Of a stretch of 64,000 nucleotides of DNA, positions 10,243-19,673 are shown piece by piece; within the stretch, counting starts at the first letter, position 1; each line of letters begins with the position of its first letter. The notes beneath the pieces were generated by a model. That model was not told the origin of the DNA. It searched no databases and saw only the letters and a program-made list of their open reading frames with translations. Location of the stretch: the NCBI GenBank assembly GCA_021791695.1, contig JAJYWC010000005.1:696-64695 (forward strand), in the 5' to 3' direction. A program made the translations under genes and the position numbers. Source of the DNA: an archaeon (GTDB taxonomy: Archaea; Thermoproteota; Nitrososphaeria; Nitrososphaerales; Gagatemarchaeaceae).

Positions 10243-11745
10243 TCAGGGGGGCGGCAGCTTCTCCTCCCTGTCAAACAGCATACCTTGGTAGGAATCCTCC
10301 GTAAGTTTCTGAGAATAGTACATTTCATAGAGAGATACGTGCTTCTCCTCCAGCTTCATCAGGTACTCGTGCACCCTCTGGGCGGCTTCTCTACCATGAC
10401 CCATGGCTTTGACCACGAGAGTCTCTCCCGTGGTGACGTCGCCTGCAGCGAAGACACCAGCCATCGACGTTTGATAGTGATCGTCTACAACGATTGAGTT
10501 CTTCTTGCCCATCTTCAGGCCGCTCTGCATCTGCAGAAAGGAGTCTGGTCCTCTGCCGACAGCCAGCAATACGCTGTCACATCTCATCTCAAAATCCTGC
10601 CCTGGGACTGCCTCTGGACTCCTACGCCCTGTTGCATCAGGCGCGCCGAGGGTCATGGTGGACATGGTGACGCTGGCGAGCTTGCCATCAGGGCCGTTGT
10701 ATGAGTCAGGATCGGTCAGGAACTTGAACTGGACACCCTCCTCTTTGGTCTCGTCCACCATGATCGGGTCCGCTGGCATCTCGTTCTCCGTTCTTCGATA
10801 GATTATTGTGACATTGCCTCCCGTCAGTCTGAGCGCGGTCCTAGCTGCATCGAGCGCGCTGTCGCCTCCGCCTATCACGAGGATTTCCTTGCCGAGGTCG
10901 TACGCCGGATGCTTGAGGTATTCTGTGACGCCGTTGACATAGACATCCTCCAAGAATGCGTAACCATCGTAGACACCCTTCAGGTTTATCCCAGGAGTGT
11001 CGAGCTTTGTTACGTCTCTTGAACCGGTCGTAACCAGGATGACATCTGAACCATCGGATAACAATTGGGTGAGCGTGATATCTTTACCAACCTTGATTCC
11101 AGTCCTCATTTCTACACCCTGACCTTTGATCCGTTCAACCTCGTAGAGCAGAACGTCCTTTGGCAGGTGATAGTCCGGGATTCCGTACCAGGCGGTTCCG
11201 CCAGGAGTCTGGAGCTCCTCATAGACGGTTACCGCGTGGCCATACCTCCTGAGCAGTTCTGCAGCCGCCAGGCCAGCTGGTCCAGCTCCAATGACAGCGA
11301 CGCGCTTCCCCGTCTCATTCTCCATTTCCGGTTCGGGTTGCTTTGATTCATTCCGCTCCCAATCAGCGACGTATCTCTGTATCATGCCGATGGATATCGG
11401 CTGGCCCTGCCAGCGCATCACACACGCGCTTTCGCAGAGTCCCTGCAGCTGTGGACAGCATCTAGCAGTGACGCCCACCAGCACATTGGTCTCTCTGATC
11501 CTGTGAAAGGCAGTTTCGAGATCGCCCGCAGCCACGGCGTCGCACATTCCTCTGACATCCATCTGAACTGGGCACGCATCGATACAGACCGGATTTCCGC
11601 ATCTCAGGCACCTGTCAGCTTCAAGCATCACCTCTTCTTTCGTGTAAGGTTGTTCCACTTCTGAGAAGCCTTTCTTCCTTACCTGCGGGTCAGACTTCGG
11701 AAAGGGGAAAGCCCCAACGCGGTCAGGTTTTACATAGGCGCACAA
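10243..11745 (-). CDS. GltD/NfnB/SudA-like NAD(P)H-dependent FAD/FeS oxidoreductase
   Basis: RCLRCGNPVCIDACP, CPQ..CESAC, GAGPAG, YGIPDY, GGGDSALD, YRR, AAGD. Confidence 0.88.
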   Translation of the reverse strand: MCAYVKPDRVGAFPFPKSDPQVRKKGFSEVEQPYTKEEVMLEADRCLRCGNPVCIDACPVQMDVRGMCDAVAAGDLETAFHRIRETNVLVGVTARCCPQLQGLCESACVMRWQGQPISIGMIQRYVADWERNESKQPEPEMENETGKRVAVIGAGPAGLAAAELLRRYGHAVTVYEELQTPGGTAWYGIPDYHLPKDVLLYEVERIKGQGVEMRTGIKVGKDITLTQLLSDGSDVILVTTGSRDVTKLDTPGINLKGVYDGYAFLEDVYVNGVTEYLKHPAYDLGKEILVIGGGDSALDAARTALRLTGGNVTIIYRRTENEMPADPIMVDETKEEGVQFKFLTDPDSYNGPDGKLASVTMSTMTLGAPDATGRRSPEAVPGQDFEMRCDSVLLAVGRGPDSFLQMQSGLKMGKKNSIVVDDHYQTSMAGVFAAGDVTTGETLVVKAMGHGREAAQRVHEYLMKLEEKHVSLYEMYYSQKLTEDSYQGMLFDREEKLPPP

Positions 11746-11760
11746 GTTTCATCTCACCGC

Positions 11761-12312
11761 TCACGCCGTCGAGTAGAGGAGGTAGCAGGACGCCGCCAAA
11801 GGAAGGCCTATATCTTCAAGCTCGTTAAAGAACCTCAGGTGATGCCCCTCCTTCCCGAGGCCGTCCAATTCCCCGACAGGCGCACCCCTGAACTTGCTAA
11901 TCAGCTTGCTCCTTGTTTCATAGTCAACATCGCTCAACTCTGAGAACGGGAAATTGTCCAACCTGCAGATGTACCTCCGACCGACCAAGACCTCTTTGGG
12001 CGGCCTACCCTCTGGGGTGCCTCCGAGCAGGTAGAACTTCTCGTTATGCAAGAACAAGTGATCTTTTATGACCAGGACTGTTGTCCCGGAAGTGACATCA
12101 TGCGCATCATGGGCTTTCGACTGGCTCACCGCCATTGAAAAGGGCCTGATTTCTCCACCAAACCTCGCACTCAGCGTCCACTCGTTCCCATTGCTCGCGG
12201 TCAAACCGTAAGTAAAGTCTTTGCGCAATCGGATATCGGCGACCTTCTCGTCGCCTTTGCGTATAGTGATGCGCAGTTTGCCTGATTCCTGCACGACGAA
12301 ATCAACGACCAA
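11761..12312 (-). CDS. Hypothetical protein
   Basis: 183-aa ORF, protein-like composition, ends 15 nt before the start of the GltD-like gene on the same strand. Confidence 0.65.
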   Translation of the reverse strand: MVVDFVVQESGKLRITIRKGDEKVADIRLRKDFTYGLTASNGNEWTLSARFGGEIRPFSMAVSQSKAHDAHDVTSGTTVLVIKDHLFLHNEKFYLLGGTPEGRPPKEVLVGRRYICRLDNFPFSELSDVDYETRSKLISKFRGAPVGELDGLGKEGHHLRFFNELEDIGLPLAASCYLLYSTA

Positions 12313-12918
12313 GCAGATTGCTCTCCCTGGCTATTGGTCGATATGGAGTAGCGATATTAGTCTTCAATCGACGGTGAATCCGCTGATAAACTTGCTTCAG
12401 CAATCATTCCTTGAAGACAATCCCGCGCAGCCTGGGGAAGTGAGTACTGAGAGATGACGAACGCGGCCAGACAGTTCTCTGGGAGAGGTCACGCTCATTT
12501 CTGAGTGTCGTTGCTCTGAGAGGTAGCCTTGCGAAGGCGGTTAAATACGAACGGTATGGTGAGTGTGTTATGACTTCTCTACAGAATACAGAGAACTTGA
12601 GTTCAACTGACTGTTCCCGCCCTGGGATTTGAACTCGGACTGTTTCTACGCCGTTCCATCTATCCAATCATTCGATCTGAGGGCCCAACGCGATATCGGT
12701 GCATTGCATAGACTCTGATGGTATGACGGTCTCGGAATCCCGAGCTGGTTCGAAGGGACAGGGCCTTAGTATCGTATTTAACGAAATGACAGAGCCGGGC
12801 AAACCATCAGACGTTGAAAAATGCGGCCCACTCGCAAATGATAGTGGGCCGGGAGGCATGCAATTAATTTCGGTCGTCGGGAAGTGGATAGATACAGGAG
12901 CAACGCACGAGCTCAAGA

Positions 12919-14076
12919 TTGGTCATTACTCCAGTCTCGCGCGAGAGAGGAGCGCTCTCCGCCGTTCTCGCAGCGTCAATGGTCGTCGTAGTCATCTTGG
13001 TCACTGGAGTTGCAGCAATATTCCTGTACGGGCTGTATGAGATCCGGCCAGGTAGCTCCGCTTCAGGATCGAGTTCGGGCACAGAAACGGGCACCATGCC
13101 GTTATCCACGGCAAGTTCCATCACCCTTGAATCCTCAGCGACGACCACAAGCAATTCCAGTACAACGGGCCTCGCAACCTCGGCCTCCCAATCAAGAGCA
13201 TCATCGTCAGAGACACTGACGACAACCCAGCCAGGTCAGCATATCTCCTCTGCATCTGGTATCTGCGTCGCGGGCAACACCAAATCGTATCAGGATAGGA
13301 TACTTCTCACGTATGGGTTGATAGCTACTGGTCTCTGGAATCTGCGCTCTGCGAGCGGAGATGTCAGGATGTGCTATCAGCCGTCCGGAATCAATGCAAC
13401 AATAGGCCTCACGAATGTCACGGCGGGACTCGTCCAGCCTGGAGATTTCGTCGGCTATCCCGAGGTTGCCTACTGATTCTCAGCGGGCGACACACAGTTC
13501 GGGCAGATGGAGCCGAACTTGACTTTTCCGATCAGGCTGGATGCGCTCAGCACTCACAACCTCTCAGCATCAGTCACGTATTCTGCGAGCGCACCGGGAG
13601 CCCAGCCGCTCGATTTAGCGTACGACCTGTGGATAGAGGGCAACCCGCAGCCAAACCACGGCGCGCAGTCGAATGACCTTGAGCTGATGATATGGATGGA
13701 CAATCAAACGTTCGGCGGCCCAGGTCCGCAGGTGTGACTCTTCGAAACCCCTGCCGTTATAAACGGCAGCACCACCAGCAGTTCTGTCTGGGGCGTGCAC
13801 GTGAGCATGCCCACCACGCAGAGACCGCACGAGTTGGTGGTCTATCTTCTGACGCACCCGATGAAGGCAGGTAGCATTTCTGTCAAGATTTCGAATTTCA
13901 TCGAGGACGCGATGACCCATTACTGGCACCCGCCATCGAATCCTCAAAGCTATTACCTGATGGGTATCGAACTCGGATCAGAGTTCGCAGCCCCCAACGG
14001 GTCCGCTTCATACGATTGGAAGATAACGGAGATGGCGCTGCAGGAATCGGGACTCTCCATTACTCTCGTTGGTTGA
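12919..14076 (+). pseudogene. Membrane-anchored GH12 endoglucanase interrupted by two in-frame TGA codons
   Basis: ORFs 12919, 13507 and 13795 share one frame. Class III-like signal (RERG/ALS + hydrophobic helix), Ser/Thr linker, GYPEVAY*, AYDLWI, DLELMIWM, GPQV*, GIELGSEF. TGA at 13474-13476 and 13735-13737. Confidence 0.8.
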
Positions 14077-14251
14077 TTTGTGTTGAATAATCTGGGGATG
14101 ACTCGAGACGCTGACGAAGTTGAGGACTACGAACGGGCATCCTGAATGGTTGGAGACCACTTCACGACTTCAACCTGAGGTGCACGCAGTGAGAATTGCC
14201 TAGATCTGCCGGAGATGGGATTCCCAAAATGATCGTCTTCTCGAATCTTAG

Positions 14252-15655
14252 AAAGAGCTGCTCAGGGGTAACGGTAGGGAGGCGAAGGCGGCCGCAGATG
14301 ATGCAGATGCCGGCGCAACCTACGCTCGGCTGGGCATCGGCTGGCCGGCGGTAGAGCCTGCCAATGGGACGTTTGATTTTAGCGCGCTCGACCAGCTGAT
14401 CCAGCTCGCAAACCAGAACGGTATCCATCTTCTGCTAGAGATCGGCGGTGTTCCTCCCGCGTGGGACCTGCCGGCCGGAGCCAACACTCAGGGAGGTCTG
14501 ATAGGATATCCGCCGGCCGACTGCGTATCTGGCAGCATGAGTTGTGCTTCCTTCGGCATCTACGTGAAGAACCTCGTGGAGAACGTGGCCCCCCTGGGTG
14601 TGCAGTACCTCGTTGTGTGGAACGAGCCGCAGAACTTCCCGAAGAACTGGGCGAACGGCACGGCGCAAGAGTTCGGGGTGCTGATTCACCAAGCCTATGT
14701 CGGCGCCCATTCAGTCGACCCGAACATCAAGATAATGAACGGCGGCACCGAGCTGATTCCGGAGGCACTCATGCAGATACGCGAGAAATTCGTCACAGAC
14801 CCCAAGCTTGCGCTCCAGCAGTACGATTTTGTCCAGTCGCTCTACAACGACAGCGAGTGGTGCGACAGCATAGACGTCCTCGATGTCCACCTGAACGACA
14901 ACGGTCCCGCATGGTCGCCCCAGATAATCGACAAGTCCGAGCAGGGAATCCAGAACTGCAACGGGGGAAAGTTTGTTCCTGTTTGGGCGACAGAGCTGGG
15001 CTTCCCCTCGTATCAACAGCTTCAGACGCTCCCCGAGCCTGAAGCGGTGCTGGGGACGACCTACACCTCGGGCAACGGGTCTCAGGCCCAGTTCCTCAAG
15101 GACACCTTCGCGGCAGTTTCATCAGACAGGAATGCTACGGGAATCGACTGGACCTTCCTGGTCGACCCTCCCTATTCGGGCCAGACGAACAGCAGCTACA
15201 GTCAGGCTTACAATCTGGGCATAGGTTCCGGTCTGCTGGGACAGGACTTCGGATACAAAGACTCCTACTATGCCTTCCAATCCTACGTACAGGGAACGAC
15301 CGCAACATCGTCCTCCTCGTCCGCGACTTGCAACAGGTCCAATACTTCGAGCATCGCGTCAAACAGTTCGTCGTTGTCTCAATACTCATCATCGACCTCC
15401 AGTTTGACCTCAATAATGACATCAGCTTCCTCGGCATCGGTAAGCGGGTCCACCGGAACCCAATTGAGCACTTCTGGCATAACTTCGTCCGGCAGCAGCG
15501 CCACCATTGCTTCCTCAACGAGTCAGGCGCGAGGAGGGACCATGACGAACTCGACGCTGTTGTACATCGGAACCGGCGTAGCCGTCCTAGTGGCCACCAC
15601 CTTCTTCCTCGCGATGCGGAAGCGGTCGTCAAAGGGGCGACTAACCCTTGGGTAA
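14252..15655 (+). pseudogene. Clan GH-A glycoside hydrolase (GH5/GH39-like) with Ser/Thr linker and C-terminal membrane anchor; 5'-truncated
   Basis: Frame open from 14252 (after TAG 14249-14251) with AGATYARLGIGWPAVEPANGTFDFSALDQLI upstream of the first ATG (14537); WNEP and WATELG catalytic motifs; no start codon or signal peptide before the barrel. Confidence 0.7.
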
Positions 15656-15790
15656 CGTTCGAAGGGAATTGAGGAATCTCCTCCGCATCTGTACATGTAC
15701 CGACAGGGGAATACACTCAATCCTCGCTCTATCGAACGCCAAAGGGTTTGGGCCGGAAGGGATGCGGTCGACTTGAGTGAAACCTATTCG

Positions 15791-16834
15791 TCATTCGCCC
15801 GTCAGCGCGCGGGCAGGGTTGGTCACCATCATGGTGCGGATGTCCTTCTCTGACGTCCCCTGCATGCGGAACATCGGGACTATGTTCCTGAGCAGGTGGT
15901 CGTAACCGTACCCGCCGTACTTCCTTAGATGGATCTTGTAGCACACGTCGTGAGAGAGAAGCAGTTTGGAGACCTTCCCCCTCTTTATGAGCCCCTGTAT
16001 CCCCTTGATCCTCTCCGTGTCGCGAGGCTCCCACCACGCGTTGTCAAAGAACATCTCAGAGCCGAAGCAGTCGTAGGAGATGTAGGCTCCCCTCTTCGCG
16101 AGGGACTCGTGGACTTCCAGGTCGATGCCGTTCCCGTCCATGTGGCTGAGGATGACCCTTTCCAGGTCCGCACCCTCGTCCTCCACGATGTCCAGCAGCT
16201 TGTGGACGACCCTGACGTCCTCGAGCGGCTGGCCGCAGTAGCTGTGGATGTTCAGCGATTTCTTCGTCTTGACCTGGGCCCTCGCCGCTGCCCTCAGGAC
16301 CTTCTCCTCGTCGGGCACCATCGGCCAGCTCGTCCCTATCTCACCTATGATTCCCGCCTTGATCCCGGTCCCGCCTATCCCGTCCCTCACTTCAGCCACT
16401 ATCTCCTTGACGATCTCGTCGATCGTCATCGACGCGATCTTGGGCGGATGGGAGGCCGCGATGTAGTAGCCGCATCCCATGACCACCTTTATCCCTGTCT
16501 GGATGGATATGCCCCTCACCGCAAGCGGGTCCCTCCCCAGCCCGTTGTTGGTCAGGTCCACGATGGAGTTTCCTCCCGCCCTCTTCAGGTGCATGAGCTC
16601 CTGCACCGCCAGGTCGACGTCGTAGTTCACCACGTCGTCCTTGTTAGAGAACGGGTTTCTCCTGATCTCTCCAAGGTTGGACATCTCGACCTTGCTGTGG
16701 TACAGGTTGCGCCTGGTCGCCTCCTCGGGCACTTTCAGATAACAGCTCAGGTCGAAGAGTACGTGCTCATGCGGGAAGGTTATCCCTAGTTCCTCCGTCT
16801 TGATCTCTCCAGTGACAGTCTGGACTTGTGCCAA
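15791..16834 (-). CDS. Phosphotriesterase-family metallohydrolase (PTE/lactonase-like)
   Basis: PHEHV, GLGRDP, KAGIIGEIG, NIH, LSHMD, LSHDVC..YGGYGY; likely TTG start at 16834. Confidence 0.9.
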   Translation of the reverse strand: MAQVQTVTGEIKTEELGITFPHEHVLFDLSCYLKVPEEATRRNLYHSKVEMSNLGEIRRNPFSNKDDVVNYDVDLAVQELMHLKRAGGNSIVDLTNNGLGRDPLAVRGISIQTGIKVVMGCGYYIAASHPPKIASMTIDEIVKEIVAEVRDGIGGTGIKAGIIGEIGTSWPMVPDEEKVLRAAARAQVKTKKSLNIHSYCGQPLEDVRVVHKLLDIVEDEGADLERVILSHMDGNGIDLEVHESLAKRGAYISYDCFGSEMFFDNAWWEPRDTERIKGIQGLIKRGKVSKLLLSHDVCYKIHLRKYGGYGYDHLLRNIVPMFRMQGTSEKDIRTMMVTNPARALTGE

Positions 16835-16963
16835 GCCAGTCCCTCTCCATCTCGCCGACTGTAGAAAAACCTTAGCGACCAGTCTCAAAAAATTTGGCGA
16901 AATGACGCGACAAACGCGCGACTAGTTAGGGAATTAACACAAAAAATAAAGCCGTGTTCAATA

Positions 16964-16972
16964 TTTTTATAT
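16964..16972 (+). promoter_or_regulatory. TATA box of the APC permease gene
   Basis: TTTTTATAT about 22 nt before GTG 16994. Confidence 0.55.
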
Positions 16973-16993
16973 CGCGTACAGCACAGAGTTACC

Positions 16994-18592
16994 GTGGGTA
17001 CTTCACCCAAGACGTTTGTCCGTGACGCTACGGGCCTCGTAAGAAGCCTCGGATTCCTCGACCAGTTCCTGATGTCGCAGTCGATCGTCAACCCAGTGCT
17101 TGGGTTCGTGCTCACTGCGTTGTACGCGCCCTACTTCTTCCCTGGAGCGTACCTCCCGCTTGTCTTTGTCCTCGGCTCCATCCCGGCGTTCGCGATGGCC
17201 TACGTCTACGCCATCTTCTCCGCAGGTATGCCTCGTTCGGGCGGGGACTACGTGTGGTCTAGCCGCATCATTGGGCCGGCGTTCGCGGTCGTCCAGATGA
17301 TCATGCTCCTCGCGACCACGATAATCCTGGGCGGGGCCTTCGCGTCCTACGCTGGGATCAGTTTGCTTGCTTCACAGCTGTTCTTCGCTCTCGGGGTCAC
17401 CACGCACAACGCCAGCCTTTTGACGGGCGCGACCAGTCTCACGACTATATCCGTCGGTTACCCTGTAGACATGCTGCTGATCGCGATCTGTACCGGCATC
17501 CTGCTCCTGGGTCTGAAGGGATGGATGTGGGTCCAGAGGGCGAGCTTCGTGCTCTACTACGTCGTGGCTGCGGTCTTCATCGGCCTGCTGGCCTTCATCG
17601 GCACCTCTGAAGGGCCCACCCTGTTCAACAACGCGATGGCGTTCGCAGGCTCGACCGCGACCTATTCGAGCGTCATATCCGGCGCGGGAAGCGGCGGATT
17701 CTCCCTCTCTGGTTTCAACGCTCAGAGCACCGTCCTCGCAGCGATCCCGTGGGGCTTCCTGACCTTCACCGGCTTCAACTACGGGACGTATCTCTCGGGA
17801 GAGACGAAGAGCGTGAAGTCGAACATAACTAAGGCTTTGTTCCTCTCGGCGGGAATCAGCGCAGTCCTGCTCCTCGGAATGAGCCTCCTCGCCTACCACG
17901 ACTTCGGACAAAGCTTCCTGAACGCTGCCAGCTACGACGTTTCTACCGGCGCGTCGCTACCGGCGATACCCACGGTCAGTCTCCTGCTCTCGCTGTACAA
18001 CCCGCTCGTGGCCGTCCTGATCGGCGTGTCCTTCATCGTCGTCGCGCAACTCAACGTCATGGGCGACATCCTCGCCATGTCGAGGCTCTTCTTCGCCGCA
18101 TCGTTCGACAGGGTGCTCCCGACCAAGTTCGCGGACGTAAGCGAGAGGGTCCACACTCCGGTCTTCGCACTCCTGATCATAGGGGTCCTGTGGGCGCTGT
18201 GGGTCAGCGCGCTCTGGTTCGCAGGCTTCGCGAGCACCTTCCTGAACGCGGGCCTGGTCGAGATCTTCGGATACGGCCTCCCGTTCGTGGCCACCGCGTT
18301 GTTCTATTTCATAAAGCCCGACCTCTTCAAGGCCACGGTGGGCGCCATCGCCAAGCCTGGACCCATCATCTTCGCTTCAATCGTGGCGATAGTCTGCTTC
18401 GGCTTCTACGGCGTCGCCGAGCTCTTCCCGATCGCGAGCGGAGTATTCCTGGGCGCCAGCATCGTCTACGCGGTGGGCTTCCTCGCCATACTTGTCGTGA
18501 TCGGCCTCGGCCTCTACGGCCAGGCGGTCTACAGGGCCCGAAGGTCGGGAGTAGACCTCCGTGCGGTCTATGCCGAGATCCCGCCAGAGTAG
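16994..18592 (+). CDS. APC-family amino acid/amine permease
   Basis: FVRDATGLVR, MPRSGGDYVW, many hydrophobic helices, SFDRVLP, C-terminal EIPPE typical of archaeal APC permeases. Confidence 0.9.
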   Translation: MGTSPKTFVRDATGLVRSLGFLDQFLMSQSIVNPVLGFVLTALYAPYFFPGAYLPLVFVLGSIPAFAMAYVYAIFSAGMPRSGGDYVWSSRIIGPAFAVVQMIMLLATTIILGGAFASYAGISLLASQLFFALGVTTHNASLLTGATSLTTISVGYPVDMLLIAICTGILLLGLKGWMWVQRASFVLYYVVAAVFIGLLAFIGTSEGPTLFNNAMAFAGSTATYSSVISGAGSGGFSLSGFNAQSTVLAAIPWGFLTFTGFNYGTYLSGETKSVKSNITKALFLSAGISAVLLLGMSLLAYHDFGQSFLNAASYDVSTGASLPAIPTVSLLLSLYNPLVAVLIGVSFIVVAQLNVMGDILAMSRLFFAASFDRVLPTKFADVSERVHTPVFALLIIGVLWALWVSALWFAGFASTFLNAGLVEIFGYGLPFVATALFYFIKPDLFKATVGAIAKPGPIIFASIVAIVCFGFYGVAELFPIASGVFLGASIVYAVGFLAILVVIGLGLYGQAVYRARRSGVDLRAVYAEIPPE

Positions 18593-18594
18593 TG

Positions 18595-19662
18595 TCAGAC
18601 GCCGTAGTTCTCGCGAAGATACGGGACTATCCCCTGGGCGTAGGCTCCGAAGGTCCTCTCCTGGTCCCTGCTGAGGTTGCAGAGCAGGAACGACGTGGCG
18701 CCGGAATCGAGGAACTGCTCAAGCTTCTTGATGCAGTCTTCCACCGGCCCTACAGCGGTCACGTCCTCTATCACGCGCATCGGGATGCCCGCCCCGAAAT
18801 CCTGGAGCTCGCGGGATAGCGCGACGTCGTTGGCCAGGAGCCGCTGCACCGAGAGCCTCTCAGGGACCTTCATCCCGCTGGTCAGCTCGAGCACGCTCCT
18901 CTCCTGAGTCAGCTGCATCCTGGCGACCGGCTCCACCGTCTTCAGGGAGGCCGACCTGTCGTCGCTGACCTCTGAGTAGAAGGTAACGGTCGCATCTATC
19001 TCCCGGACTTGCCGTCCAGACCTTGCGACCCCCCGGCCCACGTCCTCAAGGTGGGACCTGAGCGAAGCGGGCGACTCTATCACAGGCAGCCAGCCGTCGG
19101 CCTTTTCACCGACCAGTTCCCGCGTCTTCCGCCCAACCGCACCCACGTATATCGGGGGTGGCCTGGCCCCGAATTGCCTTATCTGGAGATACGCCCTTGC
19201 GAGCCTGAAGAACTCACCCTGATAGTCCACGGGCGCAGCCGGGGACGAGCCCCAGAGCAGCTTGATGACATCGATGGCCTCGACGAGCCTCGTGTAGGCC
19301 TTGCCCCACTCGAAGCCGAACGGCTCGAGGTTCATCATCTCCCCCGCGCCTATCCCGAGCATGGCCCTCCCGTGGGTGAGCTGGTCGAGCGTGACGGTCG
19401 CCTGCGCTATCTCCACCGGATGGCGTCTGAGAGGGTCCGTCACAGCGGGCGACAGCCTGCAATTCTTCGTGATGGAGCCGAGGTAGCCGAGAACCATCTG
19501 CGCGTTGGGATAGGTGGCGGCGGAGTTGGGTATCAGGGTGTGGTCGCCGACCGTCACGAGGTCGAAGCCGTTGGAGTCCAGGAACTGGGCGTGCCTCAGG
19601 AGGTCCGGAAGTGAGTATCTCGAGGTGACCAGGTGGCAGCCGAAGTTCCGGAAGCGTCTCAT
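18595..19662 (-). CDS. Luciferase-like (LLM) flavin/F420-dependent oxidoreductase
   Basis: GDH, AVTDPLRRHP, LGIGAGEMMNL, PPIYVGA, ADGW. Confidence 0.85.
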   Translation of the reverse strand: MRRFRNFGCHLVTSRYSLPDLLRHAQFLDSNGFDLVTVGDHTLIPNSAATYPNAQMVLGYLGSITKNCRLSPAVTDPLRRHPVEIAQATVTLDQLTHGRAMLGIGAGEMMNLEPFGFEWGKAYTRLVEAIDVIKLLWGSSPAAPVDYQGEFFRLARAYLQIRQFGARPPPIYVGAVGRKTRELVGEKADGWLPVIESPASLRSHLEDVGRGVARSGRQVREIDATVTFYSEVSDDRSASLKTVEPVARMQLTQERSVLELTSGMKVPERLSVQRLLANDVALSRELQDFGAGIPMRVIEDVTAVGPVEDCIKKLEQFLDSGATSFLLCNLSRDQERTFGAYAQGIVPYLRENYGV

Positions 19663-19673
19663 CCCTGAGCCCT

